A stretch of DNA of 63,821 nucleotides, filler included, from Lama guanicoe (taxonomy: Eukaryota): NCBI GenBank assembly GCA_013239625.1. It is 147 parts of 147 records of this genome, joined end to end, with 100 filler letters (N's around TTAATTAATTAA, not from the genome) between each part and the next. Parts side by side here need not be neighbours in the genome. Positions count along the whole stretch, not along the records: positions 48,666 to 49,001 come from PNXV01056795.1; positions 49,102 to 49,436 come from PNXV01056796.1; positions 49,537 to 49,872 come from PNXV01056797.1; positions 49,973 to 50,308 come from PNXV01056798.1; positions 50,409 to 50,744 come from PNXV01056799.1; positions 50,845 to 51,180 come from PNXV01056800.1; positions 51,281 to 51,616 come from PNXV01056801.1; positions 51,717 to 52,052 come from PNXV01056802.1; 139 more parts are not named here. One strand, written 5' to 3'. Position 1 is the first letter of the stretch, and the number at the start of each line of letters is the position of its first letter. Shown piece by piece: positions 48,666 to 61,383 of this stretch. Under the pieces are notes generated by a model that was not told the origin of the DNA, did not search any database, and worked only from the letters and a program-made list of their open reading frames with translations. The translations under genes were made by a program, and so were the position numbers.

Positions 48666-48760
48666 CACGAGGACCTGGGTTCAATCCCCAGTCCCTCCAT
48701 TAAAGAAAGAAAGAGATAAACCTAGTTACCTTCCCCTCCAAGAAAATTAAAATAAAAACA
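48666..48760 (+). mobile_element. vic-1-like SINE 3' half and tail
   Basis: cacgaggacctgggttcaatccccagtccctccattaaag...taaacctagttaccttcccc. Confidence 0.85.
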
Positions 48761-49101
48761 TTTTAATTAGCAAAAAACTCTCATCATAAATTAAATGATT
48801 AATTCTTGCCCAAAGACCACAGGATTGGACGTAATGAGTGACACAGGGTAAGTAAGTATCAGCGGGGAACAGGAGAGGGAGAGACGAGTGCCAGCCTGGG
48901 AAGGCTTCTTGGAGGAGGCGGCTGAGCCTTGGAAGACAGCGTCCCTGGGGGGAGAGGGCACTCTGGGTGACAGGCACACCCAGCCCCTCACTGGCAACAC
49001 TNNNNNNNNNNNNNNNNNNNNNNNNNNNNNNNNNNNNNNNNNNNNTTAATTAATTAANNNNNNNNNNNNNNNNNNNNNNNNNNNNNNNNNNNNNNNNNNN
49101 N

Positions 49102-49360
49102 TTTGGAAATTAGTCCCTTGTTGGTTGCATCATTTGCAAATATCTTCTCCAGTTCTGTAGGTTTTCTTTCTGTTTTGTTGATGGTATCCTTAGCGGTGCA
49201 AAAGCTTTTAAGTTTAATTTAGATCCCATTTGTTTATTTTTACTTTTATTTCCATTACTCCATGAGCTGGTTCAAAAAAAATACTGCTGTGACTTATGTC
49301 CAAGAGTGTTCTGCCTATGTTTTCCTCTAGGATTTTTAGAGTATCTGGTCCTACATTTAA
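49102..49360 (-). mobile_element. LINE-1 ORF2 fragment
   Basis: gcatcatttgcaaatatcttctcc...gtgcaaaagcttttaagtttaatt...gagtgttctgcctatgttttcctctagga. Confidence 0.92.
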
Positions 49361-49436
49361 GGGTATATAGTTCAGTGGTCGAGTGTGCGCTTAGCATGCA
49401 CGAGGTCCTGGGTTCAGTCCCCAGTACCTCCATTAA
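49361..49436 (+). mobile_element. vic-1-like SINE inserted in L1
   Basis: gggtatatagttcagtggtcgagtgtgcgcttagcatgcacgaggtcctgggttcagtccccagtacctccattaa. Confidence 0.9.
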
Positions 49437-52152
49437 NNNNNNNNNNNNNNNNNNNNNNNNNNNNNNNNNNNNNNNNNNNNTTAATTAATTAANNNNNNNN
49501 NNNNNNNNNNNNNNNNNNNNNNNNNNNNNNNNNNNNTTTTTTTTTTTACCAAATCCTTTTATGTGAATTTTCAAGTTTTCAGATTACAATAAGTAATGAA
49601 CCACATGAGGGGGCTATTTGCCTTAATCACGCTTCTCTTGACCTCAACGAGAGCTCTGGATGTAACATTGGCCGCCTTCAAGCTTGCAATAGTTTGTGAA
49701 ATCCTACTAGTGTCCTGTCCTGCACCCTATTTTATGCTTGAGCTCTGTCCAAGGTCGAATACTTTGTGTTTGGTCTCTCTGAGAAATGGGCCCAAGAAAT
49801 GTATTGAATTTCCTAGTTCAAATAGCTATGTCTCCTTATCTTGTTGAGAGAGAGAGAGAGACATCGATTACANNNNNNNNNNNNNNNNNNNNNNNNNNNN
49901 NNNNNNNNNNNNNNNNTTAATTAATTAANNNNNNNNNNNNNNNNNNNNNNNNNNNNNNNNNNNNNNNNNNNNCCCAATATATATGAATGTAGTGTTGTTA
50001 CACACTGAAAAGAGTCTGTGTGTTCCCAACAATCTAATTGAATGATGGCTTTCACACACAATTAACATTCAGATTTGAGCATGTGGAGAGACGTTCATTC
50101 ACATAGCATAAATGGAATGTATTGCAGAAAAAACACTTACTCTCTTTCCTACAGCCATTTTGAATAAATGCAGATTTCACTGTAAAACGGATTTGGAGCT
50201 ACTACCTCCCCATATATATATGTATGTAATGTAATTTCCCACTGTAAAGAGACTGTTTTCCCACCCAGCTAGGTGATTGACGGCATTCACACACACATAA
50301 ATCTCAGANNNNNNNNNNNNNNNNNNNNNNNNNNNNNNNNNNNNNNNNNNNNTTAATTAATTAANNNNNNNNNNNNNNNNNNNNNNNNNNNNNNNNNNNN
50401 NNNNNNNNAGCTCCAGCAGGGTTTCTGCTGCCTGCAACCTGGAGGACTGTGGCTGACATACCACCTCGGAGGCCGCTGACTGTGGGGCCGCAGGATGGCG
50501 GCATCTCTTCCAGCAGCCATTCGCAGTCGGTGAAAGCATTCCACTAATCACATGCAGAGCCATCATTCTCAATGATTAATTATGACCTTAACAGGCTATA
50601 AACACAAACAGTATATTTCTCAGAAAACAGGGCTTTCTGGGTCTACACAGTAGGATCCAGGTTCTTTGATCAGTGGATATTACAATAACGAGGATGATGA
50701 TATGACGACAATGACAGCAGTTACCAAGGGCTGTAATAATAACTNNNNNNNNNNNNNNNNNNNNNNNNNNNNNNNNNNNNNNNNNNNNTTAATTAATTAA
50801 NNNNNNNNNNNNNNNNNNNNNNNNNNNNNNNNNNNNNNNNNNNNACCTTCACTCTTGTTGTCTGGTCAATCCAAAGTACCCCCAGTCCAGTAGTGGTGGG
50901 GTCAGAGAGTTCTGTGTCACTAAAGAGGGCTGGTGTCTGAGGAATATATTTTGGACATCAGACTGTACGTTTTCCCAGAGAAATGTGCAATGAGCAGAGA
51001 TTGCGGGCACCACGATCCACAGAGGGGCTGTGGGAAAGGGACTCAGATCAGGTTTGGGAGGTGCCTGGAAGACAGTGATTCTCTGATGCCCTCACATGGA
51101 CTTCTAGAACAGTCTCAGAAAGGCTCTATCCCCTTTCTTATCGTGGTCATTCATTCACCTGCTTGTGCTTTACTTAGGATNNNNNNNNNNNNNNNNNNNN
51201 NNNNNNNNNNNNNNNNNNNNNNNNTTAATTAATTAANNNNNNNNNNNNNNNNNNNNNNNNNNNNNNNNNNNNNNNNNNNNTGGGACAGCTCTGTTCTATA
51301 CTATGATTATATGGTGGTTACATACTATATGCAATTGTCAGAACTCATTAAATTGAACATTTTAATGGACACTTAAAATTGGTGAATTTTATTGTATAAA
51401 TGCATCTCAGTAAATCTTATTGTAAAAAATAATATACAATATCTCCTTTTTATTTATTCATTAAAGATACATTTCACATAGAAAAAAGATTGGCCCATCT
51501 AAACTGAAAGATGTTCCAGTCATAATTATAGGGAACTTCTTAAGTTCTGTGATTTTCTGTGATTTTGTGAATACAAATACCTTTTTTGTGTGTATTTTGA
51601 AAACCAATTTTAAAAANNNNNNNNNNNNNNNNNNNNNNNNNNNNNNNNNNNNNNNNNNNNTTAATTAATTAANNNNNNNNNNNNNNNNNNNNNNNNNNNN
51701 NNNNNNNNNNNNNNNNGGGCAAGTTTCCCAGATCTTTGCCCCTTTCACTTCTCACCATTCTGGGGTTTTAAACGTCAGCTCCAGTTCTGATATTTGGTGA
51801 AAGAATCATGTTGACATGAAGGCGCAGGACACATTCTCTGTCACTCGTGGAATTTCCTTATTCGTACGTTCTCAGTCAGTGAGGAAGATAATGAGTAACA
51901 CCTGAGTGTCACACACGTCCTGTCTCTGAGGACGTGACATCCGTCTGCCATCCGGTCCTCACAAGGGCTCCACGCGGAGGGCGCCACGGTTACGGCATCG
52001 CCACTTCCTCAGGAGGAAACAGAGGCTCCCAGAGGTGAGGCGTCACCCCAGGNNNNNNNNNNNNNNNNNNNNNNNNNNNNNNNNNNNNNNNNNNNNTTAA
52101 TTAATTAANNNNNNNNNNNNNNNNNNNNNNNNNNNNNNNNNNNNNNNNNNNN

Positions 52153-52488
52153 TTTGGTGTTGGTCCCTCAAATTTGAGGCAGGACGAGGCCCCATTTCAG
52201 CAGGAAGTAGCCGGAGTGGTTGTCGCCCCACTCCCTGAAAGATTTGGGGAAGAATAAAATAGGACTGGAGACTAAAACCAAGTTCCCCTAAAACTGGGTT
52301 CCTCTGCCGAGCTTGTGGGTAACCTTTCTGTCCAAAATATTACTCACTTTCTTGTCCAACACTTGTTCTCCTCAAGACTGAGGAGAATCAAAGAAGAGGG
52401 GGAGTTGTAACTGAGCAGAACCCTGGGGGGCCGTCCAGGGTCAGGCCCCTCCCCCATAGCCTCTCTGGCAGCTCCTCTCTGAAGTACC
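52153..52488. mobile_element. ERV LTR-derived sequence (probably two LTR pieces)
   Basis: gccccatttcagcaggaagtagccggagtggttgtcgcccc ERV motif. A new LTR-like start tgtaactgagcagaaccc at ~52407. Confidence 0.55.
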
Positions 52489-52588
52489 NNNNNNNNNNNN
52501 NNNNNNNNNNNNNNNNNNNNNNNNNNNNNNNNTTAATTAATTAANNNNNNNNNNNNNNNNNNNNNNNNNNNNNNNNNNNNNNNNNNNN

Positions 52589-52924
52589 AATGGATCAAAG
52601 ACTTCAACATAAGAGAAGATACAATAAACCTCCCAGAGGAAAATATAGGTAAAACAATATCTGACATACATCTCAAAATTTTTCTCCCAGAATAAATAAA
52701 AGCAATAAACAAATGGGACCTAATGAATCTTACAAGCTTCTACACAGCAAAGGAAACCATAAGTAAAACAGAACGACAATCTATGGAATGGGAAAAAATA
52801 TTTGTAAATGAAACCGACAAAGGCTTGACCTCCAGAATATATAAGCATCTCACATGACTCAATAAGAAAAAAATGAACAACCCAATCCAAATTGGGCAGA
52901 AGACATAAACAAGCAATTCTCCAA
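52589..52924 (+). mobile_element. LINE-1 ORF2 fragment (younger)
   Basis: aatggatcaaagactt...aataaacaaatgggacctaatga...agcttctacacagcaaaggaaacc...tgggcagaagacataaac. Confidence 0.93.
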
Positions 52925-53105
52925 NNNNNNNNNNNNNNNNNNNNNNNNNNNNNNNNNNNNNNNNNNNNTTAATTAATTAANNNNNNNNNNNNNNNNNNNN
53001 NNNNNNNNNNNNNNNNNNNNNNNNATGGGTTCCTTTACCTCACACTTCCATCGTCACCGCTTGCACACTAGACCGTGACCACCTGTTTCTGTTCTTCCTC
53101 CAGGC

Positions 53106-53302
53106 CAGGGGTGGGCAACCACTGCAAGGCCAGATCCAGCCCCCTAGCTGTGTTTGTCCCCCTCAAGAATGGTTTTTACATTCTTTAACGGTTATATTTT
53201 AAGTGGTTACATAAATACCTATGTACTACCCAATTTTGCCTCTTGGCCCGCAGAATCTAAAGCATTTACTCTGGCCCCTTAGGAAAAGGTTTCCAATCCT
53301 TG
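53106..53302 (+). mobile_element. MER58-like hAT element, full length with 8-bp TSD
   Basis: TIRs caggggtgggcaacc and ggtttccaatccttg. TSD ctccaggc (53098-53105) and ctccagac (53303-53310). Confidence 0.85.
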
Positions 53303-53312
53303 CTCCAGACGA

Positions 53313-53331
53313 GACCTCTAGGGGGCAGCAC
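53313..53331 (+). promoter_or_regulatory. CTCF-like motif GACCTCTAGGGGGCAGCAC
   Basis: Close match to the CTCF core CC(A/T)(C/G)(C/T)AG(A/G)(G/T)GGC(A/G)(G/C). Confidence 0.5.
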
Positions 53332-53896
53332 TACTCAGTGCCGCTTTTTCTTTTTTTTTTNNNNNNNNNNNNNNNNNNNNNNNNNNNNNNNNNNNNNNNN
53401 NNNNTTAATTAATTAANNNNNNNNNNNNNNNNNNNNNNNNNNNNNNNNNNNNNNNNNNNNGTCAGATCGTCAGAAATTGTTCCATTTGTCCTCAAACTGT
53501 TTCTGTTCCCCAGTATGGTGTTAATCCAAGAGGTATTAGTTCCAATCATTTGTGACAAATAGATGTCACCCATATTCGAAAGTTTAAAAATACTCCGTAC
53601 GTTCATGTAACTATTGATACTTATTCAGATTTTCTCCATGCTACTTTACAAACTGAAAAAGCCAACAAACACTGTATAACACATTACTTAAAGTGTTTCG
53701 CTGTCATGAAAATCCCAAAAATAATAAAAACAGATAATGGCCCTAGTTGTACGGAAAAAGCTTTTCAACTTTTTTGTGCCCGCCTAGATATATGTCNNNN
53801 NNNNNNNNNNNNNNNNNNNNNNNNNNNNNNNNNNNNNNNNTTAATTAATTAANNNNNNNNNNNNNNNNNNNNNNNNNNNNNNNNNNNNNNNNNNNN

Positions 53897-54232
53897 TTTT
53901 TTTTCCAATTTCTTTATATTCTGTTGATTATTTCCTTTACTGTGCAGAAGGTTTTAGTTTAATTTAGTCCCCCTTGTTTATTTGTTGTTGTTGCCTTTGC
54001 TTTTGAAGTTATATCCATGAAGTCATTGCCAAGACCGATCTCAAGATTTTTCTCTACGTTTTCTTCTAGAAGTTTTATGACTTTAGTTCTTACATTTACG
54101 TTTTTAATCCTTTCTGAGTTTGCTTTTGTGTATAAGGGTCTAATTTCACTTTTTTGCATTTAGAAATCTAATTTTCCCAGCACTATTTGTTAAAGAGACT
54201 ATCCTTTTGTGTGTGTGTGTTTGTGTGTTTGT
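53897..54232 (-). mobile_element. LINE-1 ORF2 fragment
   Basis: Translation LYTKANSERIKNVNVRTKVIKLLEENVEKNLEIGLGNDFMDITSKAKAT. Confidence 0.9.
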
Positions 54233-54768
54233 NNNNNNNNNNNNNNNNNNNNNNNNNNNNNNNNNNNNNNNNNNNNTTAATTAATTAANNNNNNNNNNNN
54301 NNNNNNNNNNNNNNNNNNNNNNNNNNNNNNNNTTTTTTTAAAAAAATGAAGATTAGTCATGTTTTCTGAAAATTCAGTTCCTTAAAACTCAACAGTAATA
54401 CCATGCCAAATAATTCAAAGTTGTCATAAGATGAAGAGTTTCGATAAAAACTAAGGATGTAAAAAGTCAGTCTCCTCTCTAACATCCTGCATGGAATACA
54501 AGCATCTCTAAATCACTGACTCACTTTGTTAATTCAAAATATTTAAATATAATGTAGAATGAAATTCTCAAACCTTTAAAAATGTAGTATTTCATGAAGT
54601 GAACAAAAGTAAAGTTGATGGGGGGCAGAGGGTGGGAAGGGATAGACGGGATTTCAAAATTGTAGAATNNNNNNNNNNNNNNNNNNNNNNNNNNNNNNNN
54701 NNNNNNNNNNNNTTAATTAATTAANNNNNNNNNNNNNNNNNNNNNNNNNNNNNNNNNNNNNNNNNNNN

Positions 54769-55104
54769 AAAAAAATGACAAGTAGCAAATATTAGCAAAG
54801 ATATGGAGTAAAGGGAACCTTAGTACACTCTTGGTGAATTCATAAACTGGCGCAGTTTGGAAAACAGTATGGACGTTCCTCAAAAACTAAAAATAAAAAC
54901 TACCACATGATCCATCAGTTCCAATCCTAGGTGGAATCTGAAGAAAAGGAAGCACTTATTTGAAAGGTTAATGCATCCCAATGTTCATAGCACGATTATT
55001 TACCATATCCAGGATTTGGAAGCAACCTAAGTGTCCATCAATAAATGGATGGATAAAAAAGATGCAGGATGTATATGTATATATACAGAGACACTAGAAT
55101 ATTA
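54769..55104 (+). mobile_element. LINE-1 ORF2 3' fragment
   Basis: tggaaaacagtatggacgttcctcaaaaactaaaaata...caatgttcatagca...tggaagcaacctaagtgtccatca. Confidence 0.92.
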
Positions 55105-55640
55105 NNNNNNNNNNNNNNNNNNNNNNNNNNNNNNNNNNNNNNNNNNNNTTAATTAATTAANNNNNNNNNNNNNNNNNNNNNNNNNNNNNNNNNNNNNNNN
55201 NNNNAATACTTGCCTGAAAGAAATGTCAAGAAGTAATCTGCACTAAGCACGTAAGACACTGGCTGACAAACAATAAGTCCTCAACAAATGTGATGGTATT
55301 TTTTAAGGTATTCTCTTAACTGTTAGTTCCTTCAACAAACATTTGCTGAGCTCGACAAGTCAGGAATCGTTCCAAGCTCCAGAGACACTGCAGCAAACAA
55401 GACAAGACCCCTTCCCTTACGGAGCTTCCATTCCTGCGTCCCCCACATCGTACTCCCAGAGCCCCTAAGTGAGCCTTCTTTTCCTTAAGGACAAGTTGAA
55501 ATACCACTTCCAAGTCTTCTCAGACTTCCCAGGACAAACGNNNNNNNNNNNNNNNNNNNNNNNNNNNNNNNNNNNNNNNNNNNNTTAATTAATTAANNNN
55601 NNNNNNNNNNNNNNNNNNNNNNNNNNNNNNNNNNNNNNNN

Positions 55641-55840
55641 AAATAGGTTGAAAATAAAAGGATAGAAGAATATATACCAAGCAAACATAGAAGGAATGGC
55701 TATACTAATGTTGAACAAAGTAGATTTTAAGACAAAAATGTTATTAGGGACAAAGAGGGACATTTTATAATGATAAAAGGGTCAATACAGCAGGAAGCTA
55801 CAGCAGTTATACATATATGCACCTAACAACAAAAGTAGAA
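55641..55840 (+). mobile_element. LINE-1 endonuclease fragment
   Basis: tggctatactaat...acaaagtagattttaagacaaaaa...gacaaagagggacattttataatgataaaagggtcaat...atatgcacctaacaac. Confidence 0.88.
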
Positions 55841-57820
55841 GGAAGAATAGAATGATAGTATGTGTTTTCAGAAGCATTCCTTATAACCACTCCAGGTTCT
55901 TGACCTGGTGGCCTCCTCTCTACTCCATTCTAAGGTATCATGTTTTAAGTGCCCCATAGTGGCAGCCTTGATGCAGNNNNNNNNNNNNNNNNNNNNNNNN
56001 NNNNNNNNNNNNNNNNNNNNTTAATTAATTAANNNNNNNNNNNNNNNNNNNNNNNNNNNNNNNNNNNNNNNNNNNNTTTCTTTCTTTGCTGATTAGAATG
56101 AACACTTCTGTAAAAGAAACTGAACAACACAGAAAGGACTACAGTAGCACGTGAAAGCCCTCTGGACTGGAGGTGAGGGAGAGGGAGGGGAGCGAGGCGG
56201 GGAGAGCATCCTGGGCTCTGTGTCGGGGTGGGCCGGGGAAGCCGGGGAACCGCGGCTGCATTAGAGCAGCTGAGTCCACAGGCTTATCAAAATGTCCCCA
56301 CAGATAAACTGGCCACATCAGACTGTCTTGCTTTACTGTTTATATCTTTTGCCTGTTTTTCTAGGAAAACACCTTTAAGTGTTTGTATTTTTTAAGTTAC
56401 GAAGCTCGTTGTNNNNNNNNNNNNNNNNNNNNNNNNNNNNNNNNNNNNNNNNNNNNTTAATTAATTAANNNNNNNNNNNNNNNNNNNNNNNNNNNNNNNN
56501 NNNNNNNNNNNNCTCAGACAGCCACTTCCTTTGGAACTTGTTTCTGATGAAAATGCTAATCTCATGATAAATTCACCCACCTGTTAGAGGGGCTGTGTCC
56601 AGGGCAAGAAGTGAATACCTCCAACAAGGCACCAGGAGCATTCCTTCAACTAACAGGGCAGAATCCTGCACCCTCAAGCCTCAGAATTATCTGAAACAGA
56701 GGCCAAGCCAGTTGACCACGAGATAAATTCAATAAATCTTGCCTGAAGTGACTTGAAGTATATTAATGTTGACAATTCTAAGTAAACAACATAAAGATTA
56801 GTCAAGCTTAACCTTTTATATTAGTGTTTGAATAGCATGGACTCTAGANNNNNNNNNNNNNNNNNNNNNNNNNNNNNNNNNNNNNNNNNNNNTTAATTAA
56901 TTAANNNNNNNNNNNNNNNNNNNNNNNNNNNNNNNNNNNNNNNNNNNNAAGTGGTGGGGCAGCTTCTCAGTGGTGGAGGCATTGCTCTCCAGACACAGCA
57001 CTCAACAGCATGGAACCCTGGCTTTGGCCACAGTCTTGGCTAAATGAGGCTGTTGGGTATCTGAGCTCCTGAGACGTGGGTGCCATGCTTCGATTCTCAC
57101 CAAAAGCTCTACTTTTGAAGGTTCTGGTCGGAGAGCCACAAATACTCCCTCGTCCATAAACAAAGAACAGTCTCTTTCACTCTGGGAAGGTCACACAGAA
57201 GGAGGACGGATCATCCCGAGAGCAGGAGAGGCCAGATCAGTCCTGCCATCAGGGATCTGACAGACAAGCCAGCTCAGTTCCTCTNNNNNNNNNNNNNNNN
57301 NNNNNNNNNNNNNNNNNNNNNNNNNNNNTTAATTAATTAANNNNNNNNNNNNNNNNNNNNNNNNNNNNNNNNNNNNNNNNNNNNTGAAAATCTTTCTAAT
57401 CTAATAAAAATGAAATGGTATCTTGTTGTTATCGTAATTTACAGCTATTGATTACTAGTGAAACTGAACACTCTATCATTTTTTTTTGTCTTTTGTATTT
57501 CCTCTCCTATAACTTGCCTGTTGACATTCTTTGTGAATTTTCCTAATGGGCTGTCCTGTTATTCTTGATAAGATGCTCTTTACATATTCTGGATATGATT
57601 CCTTCATTAGTTATTTACATTACAAATTTTGCTTTTCATTATTTAAACAGGAAACAATCCCCTAAGATAACTGAGTTGTGTTGTTGCTCCAGATTTTCCT
57701 CTCCCATGCTAGATTGTGGTNNNNNNNNNNNNNNNNNNNNNNNNNNNNNNNNNNNNNNNNNNNNTTAATTAATTAANNNNNNNNNNNNNNNNNNNNNNNN
57801 NNNNNNNNNNNNNNNNNNNN

Positions 57821-57878
57821 GATTGAACCCAGGACCTCGTGCATGCTAAGCACACACTACCACTCAGCTATACCCTCC
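57821..57878 (-). mobile_element. vic-1-like SINE
   Basis: gattgaacccaggacctcgtgcatgctaagcacacactaccactcagctataccctcc. Confidence 0.88.
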
Positions 57879-60433
57879 TCTGCATAGAAACATTTTAATC
57901 AAAATAGATTAAAAAATCAAGAGCATTTTAACCCTGGAATTTGACACAACATTGTAAAGGGCCTGAGTAGTGCTTTTAGGAATTAAAAAAATCAATCATT
58001 AAAATGTCTATGGAAAATGTACTTTTGGAGTTGGTGTTCACCCAACAATAGACAAGTATTCTGTTGCACAGACTTTGACAAGATACATCCTAAAGCCTCA
58101 TCACCACTAAGTCTTTGTATGAGTTTACAAATAATGGCAAAAATGTCTTGGGAAANNNNNNNNNNNNNNNNNNNNNNNNNNNNNNNNNNNNNNNNNNNNT
58201 TAATTAATTAANNNNNNNNNNNNNNNNNNNNNNNNNNNNNNNNNNNNNNNNNNNNTAGCCACAACATGGAAGCAACCTAAATGTCCATCAGCCAATAAAT
58301 GGATAAAGATTCCACATGCAATGGAATACTACTCAGCCATAGAAAAAATTTATTTTCAGAATCAAAGATGATTTTATAGTAAAACACAATAAATATAATT
58401 TATCATTCTAATAAATTATGATGGTCAAACTATCTCACTAGTTGTAAGAATAGTGCCTAATTAATATTCACTTATGAAAAATTGTCAGCCAATCAGAGAT
58501 AGACACATTAGCTTAGCATGATAGAAAAATAAGTGAAAAATATAAGAATTAAAAAAAGAGAAATAAAATTGTATTTGTTGAAGATGATGCCNNNNNNNNN
58601 NNNNNNNNNNNNNNNNNNNNNNNNNNNNNNNNNNNTTAATTAATTAANNNNNNNNNNNNNNNNNNNNNNNNNNNNNNNNNNNNNNNNNNNNCGGGGATAC
58701 TTGTGTGCTGGGCGGGTCCCAGCAAGGAGGGGCTGGGGCAGTCTGTCTTTTTAGCATTTGGTTTCCTTGGTGAGAAGGCCACCCCTACAGGAGGGCATGA
58801 GCAGTGGGCTGGGACCCCGGCCGGGCCTCCATGGCAGCAGGGCAGGTGGGGAGCCCCCCTTTGCAGAAAGCCCAGGATGTTGCAGGAGGCCGGAGCCTTA
58901 GCCAGGGCAGGGAGGGCAGCAGGTGCCAGGCTAGGCTTGGGCGTTCATGCTTCCTGGCCGTCACAGGGCCAGGTGACATGGTCCAGGGCCCTTGGCCTCT
59001 CCTGAGCCAGTGGCACTGATGGGTTCCNNNNNNNNNNNNNNNNNNNNNNNNNNNNNNNNNNNNNNNNNNNNTTAATTAATTAANNNNNNNNNNNNNNNNN
59101 NNNNNNNNNNNNNNNNNNNNNNNNNNNGGAAAACTTTGTATAACATCCTCTTTTTCTCTCCAACTCAAGAAAACATATCAAAATATGAATATGAATATCA
59201 TTATAGGACTAACTTTGAATTTATAAAAATGATCATGTAAAAATCTTAGTTATTTAAATTTTTGTTAGTAATACCTCACTTATGAACTATTGCACACCTG
59301 GTTGTGAAATGCCAATTTGTCTCCTGGTTGGCAGGCACGATGATGGAAAAATGCTGTCTGATGAGACAAGGCCCATATTTATTTATTTTTTGTTTTTGTT
59401 TGTTTGTTTCTTTTTTAGTTTTTTAAACATTTTTATTGATTTATAATCATTTTACAATGTTNNNNNNNNNNNNNNNNNNNNNNNNNNNNNNNNNNNNNNN
59501 NNNNNTTAATTAATTAANNNNNNNNNNNNNNNNNNNNNNNNNNNNNNNNNNNNNNNNNNNNAAAAAAAGAAGAAAATAATGTCATTTGCAAGAACATGGG
59601 TGGACCTGGACATCATCATTCTAAGTAAAGTAGGCAGGAAAAAGAAAGAAACATACTGTATGATATCATTTAAATGTGAAATCATTAAAAAACAAAAAGG
59701 ATAAAAATGAACTGCTTATTATTTATAACTTAATGAATGATTCCTTGAATATGTGTAAGAATATTTGACTGTCCTTTATGATCAAGTTACTGCAGACTTT
59801 TGATTCTTATTTTGTGGTTGGCTTTATTCACTTCTTAACTACGTAGGTTTAAAAAGCTAAAGCTCTAATCTGTACTTAAAAACAATGTTCAGTGCATNNN
59901 NNNNNNNNNNNNNNNNNNNNNNNNNNNNNNNNNNNNNNNNNTTAATTAATTAANNNNNNNNNNNNNNNNNNNNNNNNNNNNNNNNNNNNNNNNNNNNGTG
60001 CACAGGGCAGAACAATCTGGGTCCTCCATAAAACAACAGGGCAGATTTTCCCTGTGGGTGGAAGGGTGCTTTCTCCATGTCTGAAATTCCACAAAATTTT
60101 GTAGGTGAAGAGAGCTGGGGATCAGACACAGCCACCATACATTTTGGTGCTTTACACCCAGGTGGCAGTGGGAGAAATACCTGCATCTACACCTAAGGAC
60201 TTAGCAGCCTCAAGGGCCAGACGGAGGCTTGTCTACAGATGAGGCATATAGGATACTTCTGTTCAGTTCCTCAGAGAACTTGTTTGACAAGACAAACAAG
60301 GAGCTGGATTTTGGGCCAGACCAGGGACAGGGCNNNNNNNNNNNNNNNNNNNNNNNNNNNNNNNNNNNNNNNNNNNNTTAATTAATTAANNNNNNNNNNN
60401 NNNNNNNNNNNNNNNNNNNNNNNNNNNNNNNNN

Positions 60434-60769
60434 ACCATAAACCCATGGAAACTAAAACAATTTGCTACTTAAAAAAAAAAGTGAGTCAGTGAGGAAATCA
60501 AAGAGGAAATCGGAACATACCTCAGGAAAAATCTATATAAACACAACTTTGAAAATCTTATGGGATGTAGAAAGAGCAGTTCTAAGAGGGAAGTTTATAT
60601 CGATATACAATTACCTTAAGAAACAAGAAAAATCTCAAATGAACAACCTAACCTACCACTTAAATTTTTAAAAAGATCAGTGAAAGCTCAAAGTCAGCAG
60701 GAGGAAAAAATAATAAAGATCAGAGAGAAAATATATAAAACAGAGACCAAAAACTAAAGGAAGGAAGGA
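60434..60769 (+). mobile_element. LINE-1 ORF2 fragment
   Basis: Translation LWDVERAVLRGKFISIYNYLKKQEKSQMNNLTYHL. Confidence 0.92.
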
Positions 60770-60995
60770 NNNNNNNNNNNNNNNNNNNNNNNNNNNNNNN
60801 NNNNNNNNNNNNNTTAATTAATTAANNNNNNNNNNNNNNNNNNNNNNNNNNNNNNNNNNNNNNNNNNNNGTGGTAACTAAGGACTAGTGGGAAATCCATC
60901 TATCTTGAACAACTCGCATGGTCGGATCTGAGACTTTCTCTTCATTTGAGTAAATATCCTCTCCTTTAAAATGCAGACTGTGTTTGCATCGGTTG

Positions 60996-61205
60996 TGTCG
61001 ACAAAATACTGATTAAACAATCGATAATAAGAACAGAAAAGAGATTTACTTGAGCCGAACTGAGGGCTAGAACCCGGAAGCCAGCTTCCCAGATTCCTCT
61101 GAGAAGCTGCTGCCAAGAAGCAGGGTTTTCAGCACAGCTTTGTATCTTAGAACAAAGAATGTTAAACTAGTCAGGGATACATACCCTCAAGGTTTCAAAA
61201 AAAAA
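60996..61205 (-). mobile_element. ERV1-type LTR end
   Basis: Begins TG. aaagagatttacttgagccgaactgaggg...aacccggaag...ctctgagaagctgct. Confidence 0.6.
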
Positions 61206-61323
61206 NNNNNNNNNNNNNNNNNNNNNNNNNNNNNNNNNNNNNNNNNNNNTTAATTAATTAANNNNNNNNNNNNNNNNNNNNNNNNNNNNNNNNNNNNNNN
61301 NNNNNTGGCTGTTCTCACTTCAG

Positions 61324-61383
61324 CCCTTTTTTCTTCCTGGGATAGCGTCTAAACAGTATGTGAAACAGTACGAACAAGCGTGG
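61324..61383 (+). CDS. Candidate 60-nt internal coding exon (PFFLPGIASKQYVKQYEQAW), gene unidentified
   Basis: Acceptor gttctcacttcag| and donor TGG|GTAAGC. Only one frame is open, and the length is a multiple of 3. An alternative acceptor would start the exon at 61346. Confidence 0.4.

Noticed and set aside
49361..49436. Functional tRNA-Ala(AGC) gene
   Set aside because: The acceptor stem and D-arm are degenerate, several diverged copies have A-rich tails, one copy has a TSD, and this one is inserted in an L1. It is a SINE.
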